Assembly (NCBI RefSeq): GCF_018977255.1
Contig: NW_024704743.1
Location: 67,458,001-67,522,000 of the forward strand
Reading direction: 5' to 3'
From: Callorhinchus milii
Lineage: Eukaryota
DNA: 64,000 nucleotides
Under the pieces are notes generated by a model. The model was not told the origin of the DNA. It was given only the letters and a program-made list of their open reading frames with translations, and searched no databases. How positions within the stretch are numbered: the stretch's first letter is position 1; each line of letters starts with the position of its first letter. This document shows positions 13,895 through 26,373 of this stretch, piece after piece. The position numbers and the translations under genes are program-made.

Positions 13895-16800
13895 ACAGAA
13901 ATGCAATCTTTTCATATTCAGCAGTGAATTCCACATCATTGGCAGCAATGTCATACCTATTAGCGTTTCTTGGTAACCATGTTTTCTGGATGTTGATGTT
14001 TGGGAAAGGTCCATACCAGCAAGTGAAACCAGGGCAGACGAAAAGGGCGACATGTCCCTCAGAAAGCTGCATTGGTGTTGCTGAAATTGCTGAGAAAAAT
14101 ACTTCTTTAGATGAGACTTGCAAATGATACAAACCTTTCACATCAAGCGGATGTCCCAAAACATTTCACAGGGTTTACTGTAATGTGTAATGACTGAGTA
14201 TTTTGTAGCAATAACTCATTATTTTGTAGCAATAACGCAATAAGACAGACATTTGTGGACTTGACGCTTGAGGAGTGCATGTAATGCCTACATATGCCGA
14301 GTAGCTGTCCTGTCCCGATCAGGCTACCGTTGATGGCATGGAGTGGGCCTGCACATTGCTGTCTGAAGAATGTAAAGTAACAGTTCCTATCAATTCTTAC
14401 GCAACTGGTTCCTTCTAAAGTCCAGGGGGAGACCTTGAAGGAGATCATCGGTTTGCTGTCCACTGGCTCCTTGAACAGGGGAACAATCTGTTGTTTCTGA
14501 AGGCTGATGGGTACATCTGCTTTGGAGAACAAGAACGTCTCAGCTCAGCTTCTCTACTCTCCCTCGCCTCTCATGGCTGATAGATTGCAAGCAGGTGGTA
14601 ATTCCAGCAGCAGCCAGAAATCCTCTATTATTCATACAATAATAATCTGTGCATTTGCTATAGAACTCATCATGTCAGAAATGTCTCAAAGTTCTGCACA
14701 AGATCTTAAAGTGTACTGTAAAATATTGTGTATTTGTAGGCAAATGTGACAGTGAATTGAAGTTGTAATGCTGTGGCATATAAGATGTGTCTGAACAGTT
14801 CTCCTTCATAATTCCATGCTCCTGGATATAGGTTTCCTTTGGCCCATTTGTGAAGTCCAGGATCGAGCAGTGCGGTGGATTTTTGGTAAATTGAGGAAGC
14901 AGCTGTAGGAAAGGAGGACTCTGGCCGCCACTGACCTGTTGCTGAGGCGGGATTTGCCTCACGTTGGATATGCCTATTTGCCAAAGGCCCTCACATGAGG
15001 ACTAGTTGATGTTGAGCAAGCATTGGACTTGAATCTCTAGAACACCAAGGTGGCTGGTATGTCACAAGCTGTCCTGTCCATCTCACTGAGATAGTTGTCA
15101 GAAAACTGATGAGGAAACTTTGAGGTTCGGAACAACAGCTACTGAAAGGCCTTACCTAGAGTCTGGTTTTGTAAAAACTTGTTCATTGATCCAGGATTCA
15201 TTAGCATTCATCTTGATAAGATATTGTTTGGATACAATTAAGCATGATGATGGGTTCCATACATGTCAGACTCTAAGGAAACACTGCTTTCCCCTCTCCC
15301 TCTTCCCACACTCCTTCTCCAATGAAGATACTATAATGTTTAACACCATGGAATAAAAACTGATGCCAATTCATAACTGTTTCAAGAACAAGACAGGTTA
15401 TGCATACATGACATCCCAGAATTAAAACCAATTCACTCAAATTAAATGGTACATTGGAGTCAACCATTCTACAGCCTATTTACAGAACAGGACTCTCTTG
15501 GGATAACTGTAGCTCTAACTTCATCACAATTATATTATGGTGGTTAATAGAGTGCAGAGGTCTATTAAGTGTCAGTGATTGTTTTGAGGTATGTAAGAAT
15601 TCTTGCAGTAGTATTCAGTCCATGTAATATTGCACTGAAATATTCATGAATTTGATTTCCTTAAGTGTGTCCTTGAGGGATTTTCAAGTGACATATAAGC
15701 AGGGTTTTCAAGTAACATGATAGAACAGAACAGAGTCCCCACAATGATATACTTTGCTCTTGTTTTATTGTTTTAATAAACTATTCCACAGTTTTTACTG
15801 TTTCTTAGTTCATTGAGATGTAATGGAGATTGTTTGGTTATATAAATTTGCATCAAGATTTATTCGGCAGTTTGTCAATTAAACTTGTCAAGTTTACCAG
15901 ATGCTACATTTGACTATTGAACAAGTAGAAAGGTGATTGCATAGATTCTTGTGTGCAAATAAATACTGTACACATAGATATAGAGGCAGATCGAGACAAC
16001 AAATACGATAATAATCCTTACAGTTGGTATAGTGCATTTCACGCCAGGAGGCATCTTAAAGAGGTTCACAGGATATACTGTAAGGTGCAGTGACTGGGCG
16101 CTTTGTGGGCAAACACAATGGCAGCAAAATAGACATTGGTGTCTAAATCCCAATGATTTCTAACAGGAAAAAAGTTAATAACTACTACTGGTTGCAATTA
16201 AAATTTTCTTCTGCAAATCAGAACTGCGTCACGCTGCAATGGAGCAGTGTTCCCGTGGATCGGTATCATTCATTTTGATATTCTGCCAATTACTGGAAGA
16301 AGTCACTACCAATGAATTCCATTACAAATCACTTCAAGTTCAATGCTTTCAAAGAAAACATAAAACAGATTTTTGCCTATGATTCTTACAATTCAATACA
16401 GCGCCTCATCATGTCACTGAGATGTCGCAAAGGGCTTCACACAATTTACTGCAATGCGTAGTGACAATGTACTTGTAGACATGGTAGCCCATTTGCACAC
16501 AGCACTATCTCATAAACATCAATGGAGTAAATGACCAATTTATCTGAAAGATTGCTAGTCAAATCATGTACATATGAATTTACAGATATAGACCAAATAG
16601 GTACAAAATTATAGAGAGACCCGCAAAGTTGAGTAGACTTGAGGCAAATTGGGTAATACATTTCTCTTGCTACTGACTGAAGCAACTTTGAAGTGCGTAT
16701 TTAATAAGAAATTCATATTGTAACCATGTTATCAATATCACTACAGTTAGCAGCCAGGGGAATGTCACCCATACAGATTGGCAAATACAAGTGGAAACTG

Positions 16801-17397
16801 ACAGATTGGAACGTAGATATTTGATGCTTTTATGTGTCCATCTTTTTTCTGGGTTTCTGGGTTCTTATCTATCTGACTTTTTGCCTCTCAACTATTCCTC
16901 TGGCTGTTTTCCCATTGCTTTCTTCCTTTGACACAACAATTGTATATTTCTCTGAGTGTAACATTTCCCTGAGTGTCAACCACGCTGTGTAGCAGGAGAC
17001 TGTCTCTATCTTAGAGGGCTAGCAATAGTGAGAATCACTGACCCAGCCAGCTAACAATAAATAATACAGTGAAATAAAATGGTATAATTCTCCAGCTTGT
17101 TCACTAAATGCAACAGCCTCAGTTTGGTGAATTTGTAAAGCACTCATAAAATAATGGACTGAAATTTTAGAATATAAATAGATTCTTGCAATTAATCATA
17201 AGCACACTGCAAAACTCTGCCTTGCAAATCAATGAACTTTTTACATTCGTGAAGAGTGGAAAATAACCCTCTATCACATGTTAACAGCATCCTATAACTG
17301 GATATGTCTTGTTGTGCCAATATATTTCATCCAGTTTAACAAGATTAAAAAAGATTCAGGCACGCCAATTGTGTAACATTTGATATCACTTTACAAA

Positions 17398-17765
17398 AAT
17401 AACAACTTGAATTGATGTATCGCTCTTCACATTAAATAAAATCTCAGACGCTTTACAAGGGAGGGCCAGACACCGACAAAAGGAAAGGGGGAAGACGAAT
17501 GGACAAAGCGACTATAGGTAAAGTTGGAAAAGTGTTTTTTTGGACAGAATTTCAAGACAGAGAGGTCATGGGAGGGGTGTAGAGGGAGGGAGTTCTAGAT
17601 GTTGGAGCATAGTAGCTGAAAGCTCGGCCTCTGATGGTGGTGTGAGGGGGGATGGACAGCAGGCCTGGATTAGGGAGTGGAGGGGATGACCAGAAGAGTA
17701 TACAAGGTCACAGAGACAGAGAAGTGCAAGGGTGTGAAGGGATTAATGGGTGAGGGTTCTTGAGA
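17398..17765 (-). mobile_element. Old L2 3' fragment
   Basis: AACAACTTG tail plus TAGTAGCTGAAAGCTCGGCCTCTGATGGTGG, the antisense of the L2 'TIGGRAFS' motif. Confidence 0.65.
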
Positions 17766-17964
17766 GAACTTGAAGTTGCTCCCACTCAGTCTTTGCCAAA
17801 TGTTTGAGACTTTCTCCCAATGTAAAATGTACTATACGTGGAAATTGGTATTAAGGATAAAATATGACCGCATTGTCTGCTCTTGCAATAATTATCACAT
17901 CACATTACCCTGCTCCCCCCAAATCTGTTAGGACTGTATTTTTCACCCCATAATCTCTAACCAT

Positions 17965-18330
17965 CATAAATAGAGCCAATGAAATTTACAGCACAAAAGG
18001 CAGCCATTTGTCCTATCATGTCTATATTGTCTCTCTGCAAACAGTAATCCATTCAGTCCAATTTATCTGCCTTTCCCCCATGCCTCTTCAAATTACTCCT
18101 TTTAACATAACTATCTAGTTCTCTCTTGAAAGCTAATCTGGATTCTGCATCGGCCACCACACTTGGCAGGGCATTTCACATCCTAACAATTCTCTATATA
18201 AAAAATCCTCCTAATCTCCCTTTTTGCTCCCTTGATAACCATGTTAAATTGATGTCCTACAGTCACTAACTCACAGATCATTGGAAATAATTTTGCCCAA
18301 TCTACTCTACCCAAATCCTTCTTAATTGTA
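17965..18330 (-). mobile_element. CR1 3' remnant
   Basis: CATAAATAGAG...ACAGCACAAAAGGCAGCCATTTGTCC...GGCAGGGCATTTCACATCCTAACAA. Confidence 0.7.
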
Positions 18331-18397
18331 ACATTATTGTAACACAGCTAAAAGCCCTCTGAGTAAAATAACAGCTAACTGAAAGAATAGCTCTGTA

Positions 18398-19410
18398 CAA
18401 TGAGGATTCAACTAAAAATTATGATGACTTGTATGGGAAAACCCTCATATCGAGACACATAAATGTGTGGTTAAATCCATTCACTGACATAGTTCTGCTA
18501 ATGTTGTTAGTGCTACAGACTCTCATGGTTCTCATATTCTCATGGTTCATTGATGGCACTTGAAGTTAGATTAATACCATTCAGATGCATTACATAAAAA
18601 TCTATAGCCACGAACAGGTTGAAGGGCTGAGATTCACCTAGAAATGTTCCCTTGAATGGGATGTGCAAGATATCCCAAATGCAAGGATTATTATTATTAT
18701 ATGATGCATTGTAAAAAAAGTCAATTTCTCAGGTCTGCTGCTCATGTGAAACCAAACCATGTAATAGTGCCTGAAACTCCTGACAATAAAATACTGGTAG
18801 GAAACATAAGAGATTATTCCCACCCCACCCCCTTTTGTTGCACATGTGTCATTCTCAAGAAAAGTGCCCCAAAGGACTGGAATAGTTTCCCACTTCATAT
18901 TAAACTCTCCTACAGTGCATCAGCAGAGGCATTTGTAATAACTGCACATGATTGCATCATGTGGAGTAAATAGGATGGGATCCTGGCACTGGCAGCCTAG
19001 GAGTACTTCAAGGCTGCTTCTGTTCTCAGGCCACAACAAAGGCTCACAGTCTAATGATACATTTATATGTCAAACAGTTGAGATTTTGGTTCAGATTTGG
19101 AGTGCAACATGGCATAAAGCACTCCAGGCAGTGTGAATCACATGTAGAAGGTGGTCTCAGGTGCACTGGGATAAGTATAAATTGAGCTGTGCGCTCCACA
19201 ACTCTACACAGTAAAAAAAACAATCTCTCCCAAGACTATAAATGCAACATTAAAACAGTTGCAATTTCTTTAATATCTTGGGCCAGAATTTAACTTCAGC
19301 CCTTGACAATGAGAGCATGACACAAGATAAGTTAGTGTAACCATACTTAATGTGTTTCGATATGAGGGTTTCCCTATACGTCATGTTAATTTTCAGTTAA
19401 ATCCTCATTG
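18398..19410. mobile_element. Putative non-autonomous DNA transposon bounded by ~75-bp inverted repeats
   Basis: 18398-18473 (CAATGAGGATTCAACTAAAAATT...AAACCCTCATATCGAGACACAT...GGTTA) is the imperfect reverse complement of 19338-19410. Confidence 0.6.
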
Positions 19411-20143
19411 CTTTTGATACCCACCAAAGTAGATACCCACTTTCGGTTTCCACTGTTGCTGATGACTAACTGCATTTCTGTTGCTGATTTAGAAAGGGCT
19501 CTATGTATAGATATTATTATATATGAATTGTGTATGGTTCATTCACCATGTTGTTCTTCCAATTTCCTCTTTATATATAAATATATATTATATATATTAT
19601 ATGTATATTATATATATACACTCCTGGGCATTCATTGCAAAAAGCTTTTATCATTCAATATTTTAACTCTATAAATGTTCTCAGCTTCTCGTCTCCTGAA
19701 CAGATCTGATATCATTTTTTGTTCTACTGTGGTGACCCAGCTTGTGAATGATGCAGCTAGGGAGATCAGCAAGTAGTGCCTTAAAAGTAGGATGTCATTC
19801 TTGAATCACTTAACAGATGCAACAGAAAGTGCCAAGCAGGAAGAAAGGAGGGAAGAGTCCTAACAAAAAGCATAGCCAAAGGGATATGTTTGTCAAAGGT
19901 TTTTGGAGGCAGGGAAGAGTTGGAAGACTATTGAGCCATGGGGGAGAATCATAGCCAAACATCTAATATCACCTCACATTCATCTTCTACAAAGACATTT
20001 GGATAGTGATCAGAACTGCGATTAGAAATAAAGTATTGCTTCACAGATTGCAGGACGTAGTGTTCTGAAGGGATCTGAAACTCAGGAACACTCTTCCTCT
20101 TTTCCGACACCTTGCCCCCGCTCCCCTACCACATTCCCCCTCA

Positions 20144-20199
20144 CCCCCCCCCCCCCCCCCCACGGGCTTAGATATATATATATAGTATATATATATATA
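20144..20199. repeat. C18 homopolymer followed by a (TA)n microsatellite
   Basis: Read directly from the sequence. Confidence 0.9.
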
Positions 20200-20984
20200 G
20201 TGCATGAGGGAAATAAAAGTGGTCAATGAAAACACATAGACTGGAAGAAAGGATTCACTCAGCTACACAGGAATAAGAAAATGCAGCCCGACTAGGATCA
20301 GCTATTCGTTTCCAGTTACCATTTCCATTAAATCTCCAGTACGTATTCATGAGTTTTTAACACTTTAAGCATAATTACTACTTTGTGCACTGAATGCTCC
20401 CAGAAAAATCTGTTCATGTGAGACTGCTGTATTCTGTTTTATTTCTCCTGCACGAGAACCATCATGAAATATTTATAAAACTACAACACTTAGCACATTC
20501 ACTTCAACCCTATACTTTTTGAAAGCTTAAATTCTCATTATTATAATAATAATCCTTGCATTTGATACAGCGCCTTATCACGTCTTCGAGATATCTCAAA
20601 GTGCTTCACAGAATACAGTACGTTGTTTATCAGTGAAATCTACATGGACTACAAGGGAGTAAGGGAGTAAGTCAAGGGAGTAGTGGCTGTCTGCACATAG
20701 TTTCACCCACGAGTTGTTCTCAAGCCTCTGCTATCTTCCTGTGGCCCCGGTTTAGTGTGGGTTCCAACGCACAATAACAAAAACAACAACTTGCACTTAT
20801 ATAGTACCCTCCACGCAGGTTAGTATCTCAGAGCGCTTAGTAATGATGCTTAGTAATAACACAAGGTGACATTGTCCAGCACCTTGAGATGTCCTATGGA
20901 TGTAAAAGATGCTAAACAAATATGATTTTGTTGGTTTGTTGTTGACATAATTTTGCGGCAAGTGCAATGACATCAAAGGTCCAA

Positions 20985-21314
20985 AATAATAATAGTGATA
21001 CTAATCCATGCATTTGATATCCTGACTTTCAAGTCAGGAGGATGTTTCAAAGTGCTTCACAGGATTTACTCACAGTAGCGATTGTGTCATCTGTGGGCGG
21101 ATGCGGGAACCAATTTGTTGCACAAATAGCCATAAAGTGAATGACTAATATTATTTGTGGGATTTGTTGGCCAAGCCAGTACACTGGGAGAAACTCCCTT
21201 TTGTTTTCAAACAGTGCATGGTATCTTCAACATCCACCTGAACAGGCAGACAGAACCTTGGTTTAATGTCTTGTCTGGATGACACCTCCCAACAATGCAA
21301 CAAATCCCCAGCAC
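20985..21314 (-). mobile_element. DeuSINE-like SINE, truncated next to an L2 tail
   Basis: ATCTTCAACATCCACCTGAACAGGCAGACAGAACCTTGGTTTAATGTC is the antisense of the Deu-domain segment. Confidence 0.7.
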
Positions 21315-21473
21315 TACAACAACAACAACAAGATTACATTTATAGAGGACGTCCCAAGGCGCTGTACAGTTGGGTCAGGACCCGAGCAGGGGGGAAATGG
21401 TCAGGGTGAGGGGAGGGAAAGGAGGGAGCGAGGAGGGGGTAGAGAGTCGAGAGGGGAGCTGAAGGCACAGTTG
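21315..21473 (-). mobile_element. Young L2 3' end with a deletion in the tail stem-loop
   Basis: Reverse complement is nearly identical to 12684-12861 but lacks CCGACGTGAAAGGTGCTC. Confidence 0.85.
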
Positions 21474-21777
21474 TTCTATGAGGACATAGCTGTGCTTTGT
21501 GTAGATTGTAATTTCTTGAATCTGAAATTGAAAGCATGATTCCCTAGACTCAGAGTACTTACACTATTTCAATGTGTATGCCGAATACGTTTGAGTTTAT
21601 CAGGGATTTATTTCTTCTGATTTCATCCCCAATACTCTGAACAGTACCACAGTACTCTGTAGCACTGTTGATGACAGTCTAGCCATTTCGGCTCATCACC
21701 AGGGTTAGAACAGTCACCATGGGCAGGGATTTTTCCCACTTAGCTACTGTAAGTCTGTAAGGCACTGGTGGCCAACC

Positions 21778-21895
21778 CTTTTGCCCACAAATATACAGTC
21801 AATTCACTTTACAGTGTGTTCTGTGAAGCGCTTTGGGACGTCCTCCCGACGTGAAAAGCGCTATATCAAATGCAAGGATTATTATTATTATTATT
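21778..21895 (+). mobile_element. SINE 3' fragment with an L2-type loop (CTCCC)
   Basis: TTGCCCACAAATATACAGTCAATTCACTTT...AGCGCTTTGGGACGTCCTCCCGACGTGAAAAGCGCT...(ATT)n. Confidence 0.85.
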
Positions 21896-22848
21896 TTGGT
21901 ATTTGGAAAATAGGTATAGCGTCTTTCATATCTTGAGGATATCTCAAACAGTTCGACACTGTGCACCTGAACAAAGAGAAAGGGGGCGGAAAAATAAATA
22001 ATAATATTCCTTGCCTTTGATGTAGCGTCTTATCATGTCGTCGAGGCAGATTAATCTCAGACCACTTCACAGGATATATCTATATTGTAAAGCGGTGTGC
22101 TTGTGTATTTTGTGGGTAAAAGATGACCGGAAGCACAGTCAAATAGGTACAACTGTTTACGTACTGAGGGACATACTGGCCCTCTTAACCTTTACAGTAC
22201 CATAGAAGAAGTTATGGAGGCTCACAACAGCAGTTATTTTAATTTGCTGCTGGAAAATCATTTTGAAAATGTACCCAATTGCATCAGTTCACACTTCCAG
22301 ATCTCAACCAGCTCAGTCCCACATCTATTTGCACCAGTTGCAGCCAGTCATAGCACAACTCATGTGATGTTGGTTCCACCTCTTAAATAGACAGTTAATT
22401 AACATCAAACCTGCTGAGAAGCACTGCAATTTCCAATCGATAAGTCAATCTCAGTTAAGCCGGGATCCCACAAAACATTGCTTAAAAGCAATCAGCAATG
22501 ACAATGCCAGGACTGAAATCTGGGGACAACCATTGTGTGGACATCAAGGAGGGAAGAGATCATACCTGTGCCCAGTCTTGTAAGTTATCAACTGGAAATT
22601 ATGAGGTTAATTAGCTAATTGTGGATCTGGTAAGAAATATCACAATTTTCAACCCATCTTTTCTAATAGTGTTGTCTCGGTTTCACTTTCCAGGTAAGAT
22701 GATGTCACGTCTGCCTGTTATTGTGCATGTCAAGATCCCATGACACAATTTTGAAAAGAAATGGGAGTTTTTCCCACTATTCTGGCCAACGACGCTCCAG
22801 ATAAATGAATCAATCATTCACCAATTAGAATTTTGGTACAAAATTGTG

Positions 22849-23165
22849 GAGTCCTGTAGCTCAGTGGTTAGAGCACTCGCTTTGCAAGTGAGAGACCTGA
22901 GTTCAATTCCAGGCAAAGTGAAACCTTGGGCAAGTTTCCTTACTCCACACACCTAATAATAATTCCTCAAAAAAAAAACACAATAATAAATTGGTCATTT
23001 TCAATCCACGATTGTTTGTGGGACATTGCTGTGCGCAATTGGCTGCCACATTCACCCACAAATATACAGTCAATTCACTTTACAGTATATTCTGTGAAGC
23101 GCTTTGGGACATCTAGAAGACGTGAAAAGCGCTATATCAAATGCAAGGATTATTATTATTATTAC
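22849..23165 (+). mobile_element. Full-length tRNA-Ala-derived SINE
   Basis: Pol III A box TAGCTCAGTGG, anticodon-arm remnant with TGC, B box GAGTTCAATTCC, family body, L2-like stem-loop and (ATT)n tail. Confidence 0.9.
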
Positions 23166-24028
23166 AAATTATGACTTTCTACTATTGGCAATGGACTTGG
23201 ACCTCGCGAACATCAAGGTGGCTGGCACATCACAGCTTGTCCTGTACAGGTCCTCCCACCATGCTGAAGACAGATGTCCATCAAATTGCTGATGAGAAAT
23301 CTCTGAGGCTTGGGTAGCAAATGCTGCTTGGAGTCCGGGTTCAGGAACACGTTTATATATCCAGTGCTCAGTGTCGATTTTGATTATGTGAGGAGATGTG
23401 AGCAGCTGCTGCTGCAGCTCTGCAATTCCAACTGGTGGAAACGCACTCAATGGGTAGAGGTGTGTCTGGGCTGTTGGCAAGCGGATACTGGCAACAATGT
23501 CACTCAATTCATACTGAGTTATGCTGCTCACCTAGAGGCTCGTAAGAGTTTCCTGGTGCCTCCTGTCTATCTTGTGAGGGCATGTCAGCAGGAGTTGGAG
23601 GGACAGACCAGTCTCTGGGAGAAGGGATTCTTCCTACTCCGCTATTGTTAACCCTACAAGCCAAAGCCCTATTGTGTAAGGTTGTCCTACCTGGACAAGC
23701 AAAAGGAAATTTGCCAGACAGTGTTTGCAAAGGCAAACAGTGTGTTTCTAGTTGAGTAAATTGTGCACACTATTCTGGACAAGGAAAACTTCAATGTGTG
23801 TGTGGCATAGATATGTGGATTTCTTAGTCTGGTTTGAATACTCTTAAGCATAACAATTCAATGCCTTGTGATGTCCTTCCCCCATGAAATGAGCTATATA
23901 AATGCAATAATTTTTGTTGCTGCAATAGTTTTTTGTGTGCATTAAACACTTGACTGACCAAAACTAAGATCGGTTTCTAAACATGAGAATATCATATTAT
24001 GCTCATAGTGGCCTCTACTGCTATAATC

Positions 24029-24352
24029 TAATAATAATAATAATAATAATCCTTGCATTTGATATAGCGCTATTCAGGACTTCTAGATGTCTCAAAGCGC
24101 TTCACAGAATATGCTGTAAAGTGAATTGACTGTATATTTGTGGGTGAAACGCAGCAGCCAATTGCGCACAGCAGTGTCCCACAAACAGTCATGGATTTAA
24201 AATAACCAATTTATTATTTTTTTTGTTTTGGAGGGATTATCATTAGGCGTGTGGAGTAGGGAAACATGCCCAAGGTTTCGCCCTGCCTGGAATCAAACCC
24301 AGGTGTCTCGCTTGCAAGGCAAGTGCTCTAACCACTGAGCTACAGGACTCCA
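24029..24352 (-). mobile_element. Full-length tRNA-Ala-derived SINE
   Basis: (AAT)n at the left end and AACCACTGAGCTACAGGACTCCA (antisense A-box head) at the right end. Confidence 0.9.
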
Positions 24353-25434
24353 AAATAGCATTAGCCTACAAAATATAGTGACTATACATAACAGTATATC
24401 TGGTGAAGCAGTTTGAGATGTGACATTTTTCCAAATTGAAAGATGCTATATTATTTGCAAGTATTAAAATTATTAGTTATTATTTTCATGACATTTAGAA
24501 ACATTTTAATCCTTTATCTTTGTTGGTTCTGAAGCATGCTGTAACATACATAACTTATACATCTATATTGCATTTGAAAAGAAATCACATTGGAACACAC
24601 ATTTATTGAGATTCAAGGATGCAATCAGCATTCATGAAGCAACTCAGTGCTTTTTGAAAAGGTTAATCAAAAGTAAACCCTTACGTAAATACTAAATTCA
24701 ATTGGATTCAAAATAGCTACAAAAAACTTCAGTGTTCAGCTGAACTAAGTTGCTGGAGCCGCATGCTCGTATTGAACCAATGTACAGTATTCTATTAAAT
24801 GGTTTGCCTCAAGGCTTCACAATGCAATTAGCGGTGGGGTAACTAAAAAATATTGCATGAAAAGAGCTGAGGTGCTCATCCTAGAAACCTTTATACTGCA
24901 CTGATGAGTTTTGATGTTCACACATTGCCAAAGGGACTAACACCCCTGACCTGATAAGTGAACCAGCCATTCACACCATGATAAAGTCAGGCGATGTTCT
25001 ATTTCATTCTACTGCGATATCATGAAAGCAAGTCAGGCTTAATTATAGCCTTCTTTAAGTCCCTGTATTTCTAGACTGCAAAACATGAATAATTATTCAG
25101 TGACAAACAGCCTCTGAGGAAAGGACTGGGGAAGTGAAAGCATTTTTATACAATATTTATTTCCAGTTAATATTCAGCTTCATATTATTAGCTGTGCTGA
25201 AAAGATGGGGATGTTTTTACAGTTCCTAGAAGGATACAATTTTTTTTAGCAGATATGCAGCATCACTCAATTCCCCAGCATGTCACGATTTGTCTTCTCT
25301 ACATATACCCAAGTCTACTTCACAGTTCCTCATATTTCCCTTTCTCATCACTTAGCCAATTATGCACTGACTGGTGGGCATTTATGACCAGCCTCCATAC
25401 TGATGGTCAACTTGGTATTGTGGTTTCTGAGCCA

Positions 25435-25771
25435 GGTGGGTCCATAGTGGTTAGAGCACTCGCCTTGCAAGTGAGAGGATCCGGATTCAATTCCCGAATA
25501 GGGCGAAATGTTGGACAAGTTTCCTTACTCCATACTTCACTGTTTACCTAGGAGTAAGTAGGAACCAGGTTGTTAGTCGATTGTCGAATTGCTTTTCCAG
25601 GGATAATAATTCCTTAGAAAAAAATTGGTCACTCGTCCACGACTGTTTGTGGGAAACTGCTGAGTGCAATTGGATGTTGTGTTTCACCCACAGAATATAC
25701 TATATATAAAGTGCTTTGAGACATCGCGAAGACTTGATCAAGTGCTATATCAAGAGCAAGGATTATTATTA
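25435..25771 (+). mobile_element. tRNA-Ala SINE, older long subfamily
   Basis: TAGTGGTTAGAGCACTCGCCTTGCAAGTGAGAGGATCCGGATTCAATTCC head and an extra CTGTTTACCTAGGAGTAAGTAGGAACC segment. Confidence 0.85.
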
Positions 25772-25928
25772 AGGACTATAGAACTCCAAGGTATCTCTGA
25801 TTCCAGACCAACCTCGTTGGACTCGGAAGAGCAGAGGGCAGAACACTGGTGGCAGGGATTCTTTCCACTCAGTGTCTTTAACTCTGCTCTAAGATATTAC
25901 CCGCATGAAAGGAGCTATATAAATGCAA

Positions 25929-26139
25929 AACACAAAATACTGCAGATGCTGGAATCTGAAACAAAAACAGAGAGAGCTGGGAAAACTCAGCAGGTCAGGC
26001 AGCATCTATGGAGAAAGGAAAGTGAGTCAACATTTCAGAACTGACGAAGGGTCGTGGACTCGAAGCGTTGACTCACTTTCCTTTCTCTATAGATGCTGCC
26101 TGACCTGCTGAGTTTTCCCAGCTCTCTCTGTTTTTGTGT
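25929..26139. mobile_element. Penelope-like element inverted terminal-repeat (fold-back) insertion with a degenerate hammerhead core
   Basis: 71-bp inverted arms at 25961-26031 and 26067-26137 with 1 mismatch. Core CTGACGA-A-GGGTC-GTG-GACTC-GAAGC-GTT at 26041-26069. 13-bp TSD TATATAAATGCAA at 25916-25928 and 26140-26152, inside an L2 tail. Confidence 0.8.
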
Positions 26140-26373
26140 TATATAAATGCAAGTTGTTGTTGCAAGCTAAAGCCCAAACAGGCAGTGTGGACATGCAGTG
26201 TGAAGCTTGCCAGGCAGTACTCTCAATGGCAAACAATGCAATTTTAGCTGGTTAATGTCCAGCAGCACCACAACACGCACTCTGGAGTCGCCAGGCCTTA
26301 GTCTTGCCAAACTGTGCCTAATACGCTCCAGAAGTAAGTAAGGAGGATGCATCCCTCCAGTGAGAGAGTATAC

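Noticed and set aside
22849..22920. tRNA-Ala-like sequences (also at 26374, 35222, 41808 and others)
   Set aside because: They are SINE heads. No proper acceptor stem closes, and each runs straight into the SINE body and (ATT)n tail.
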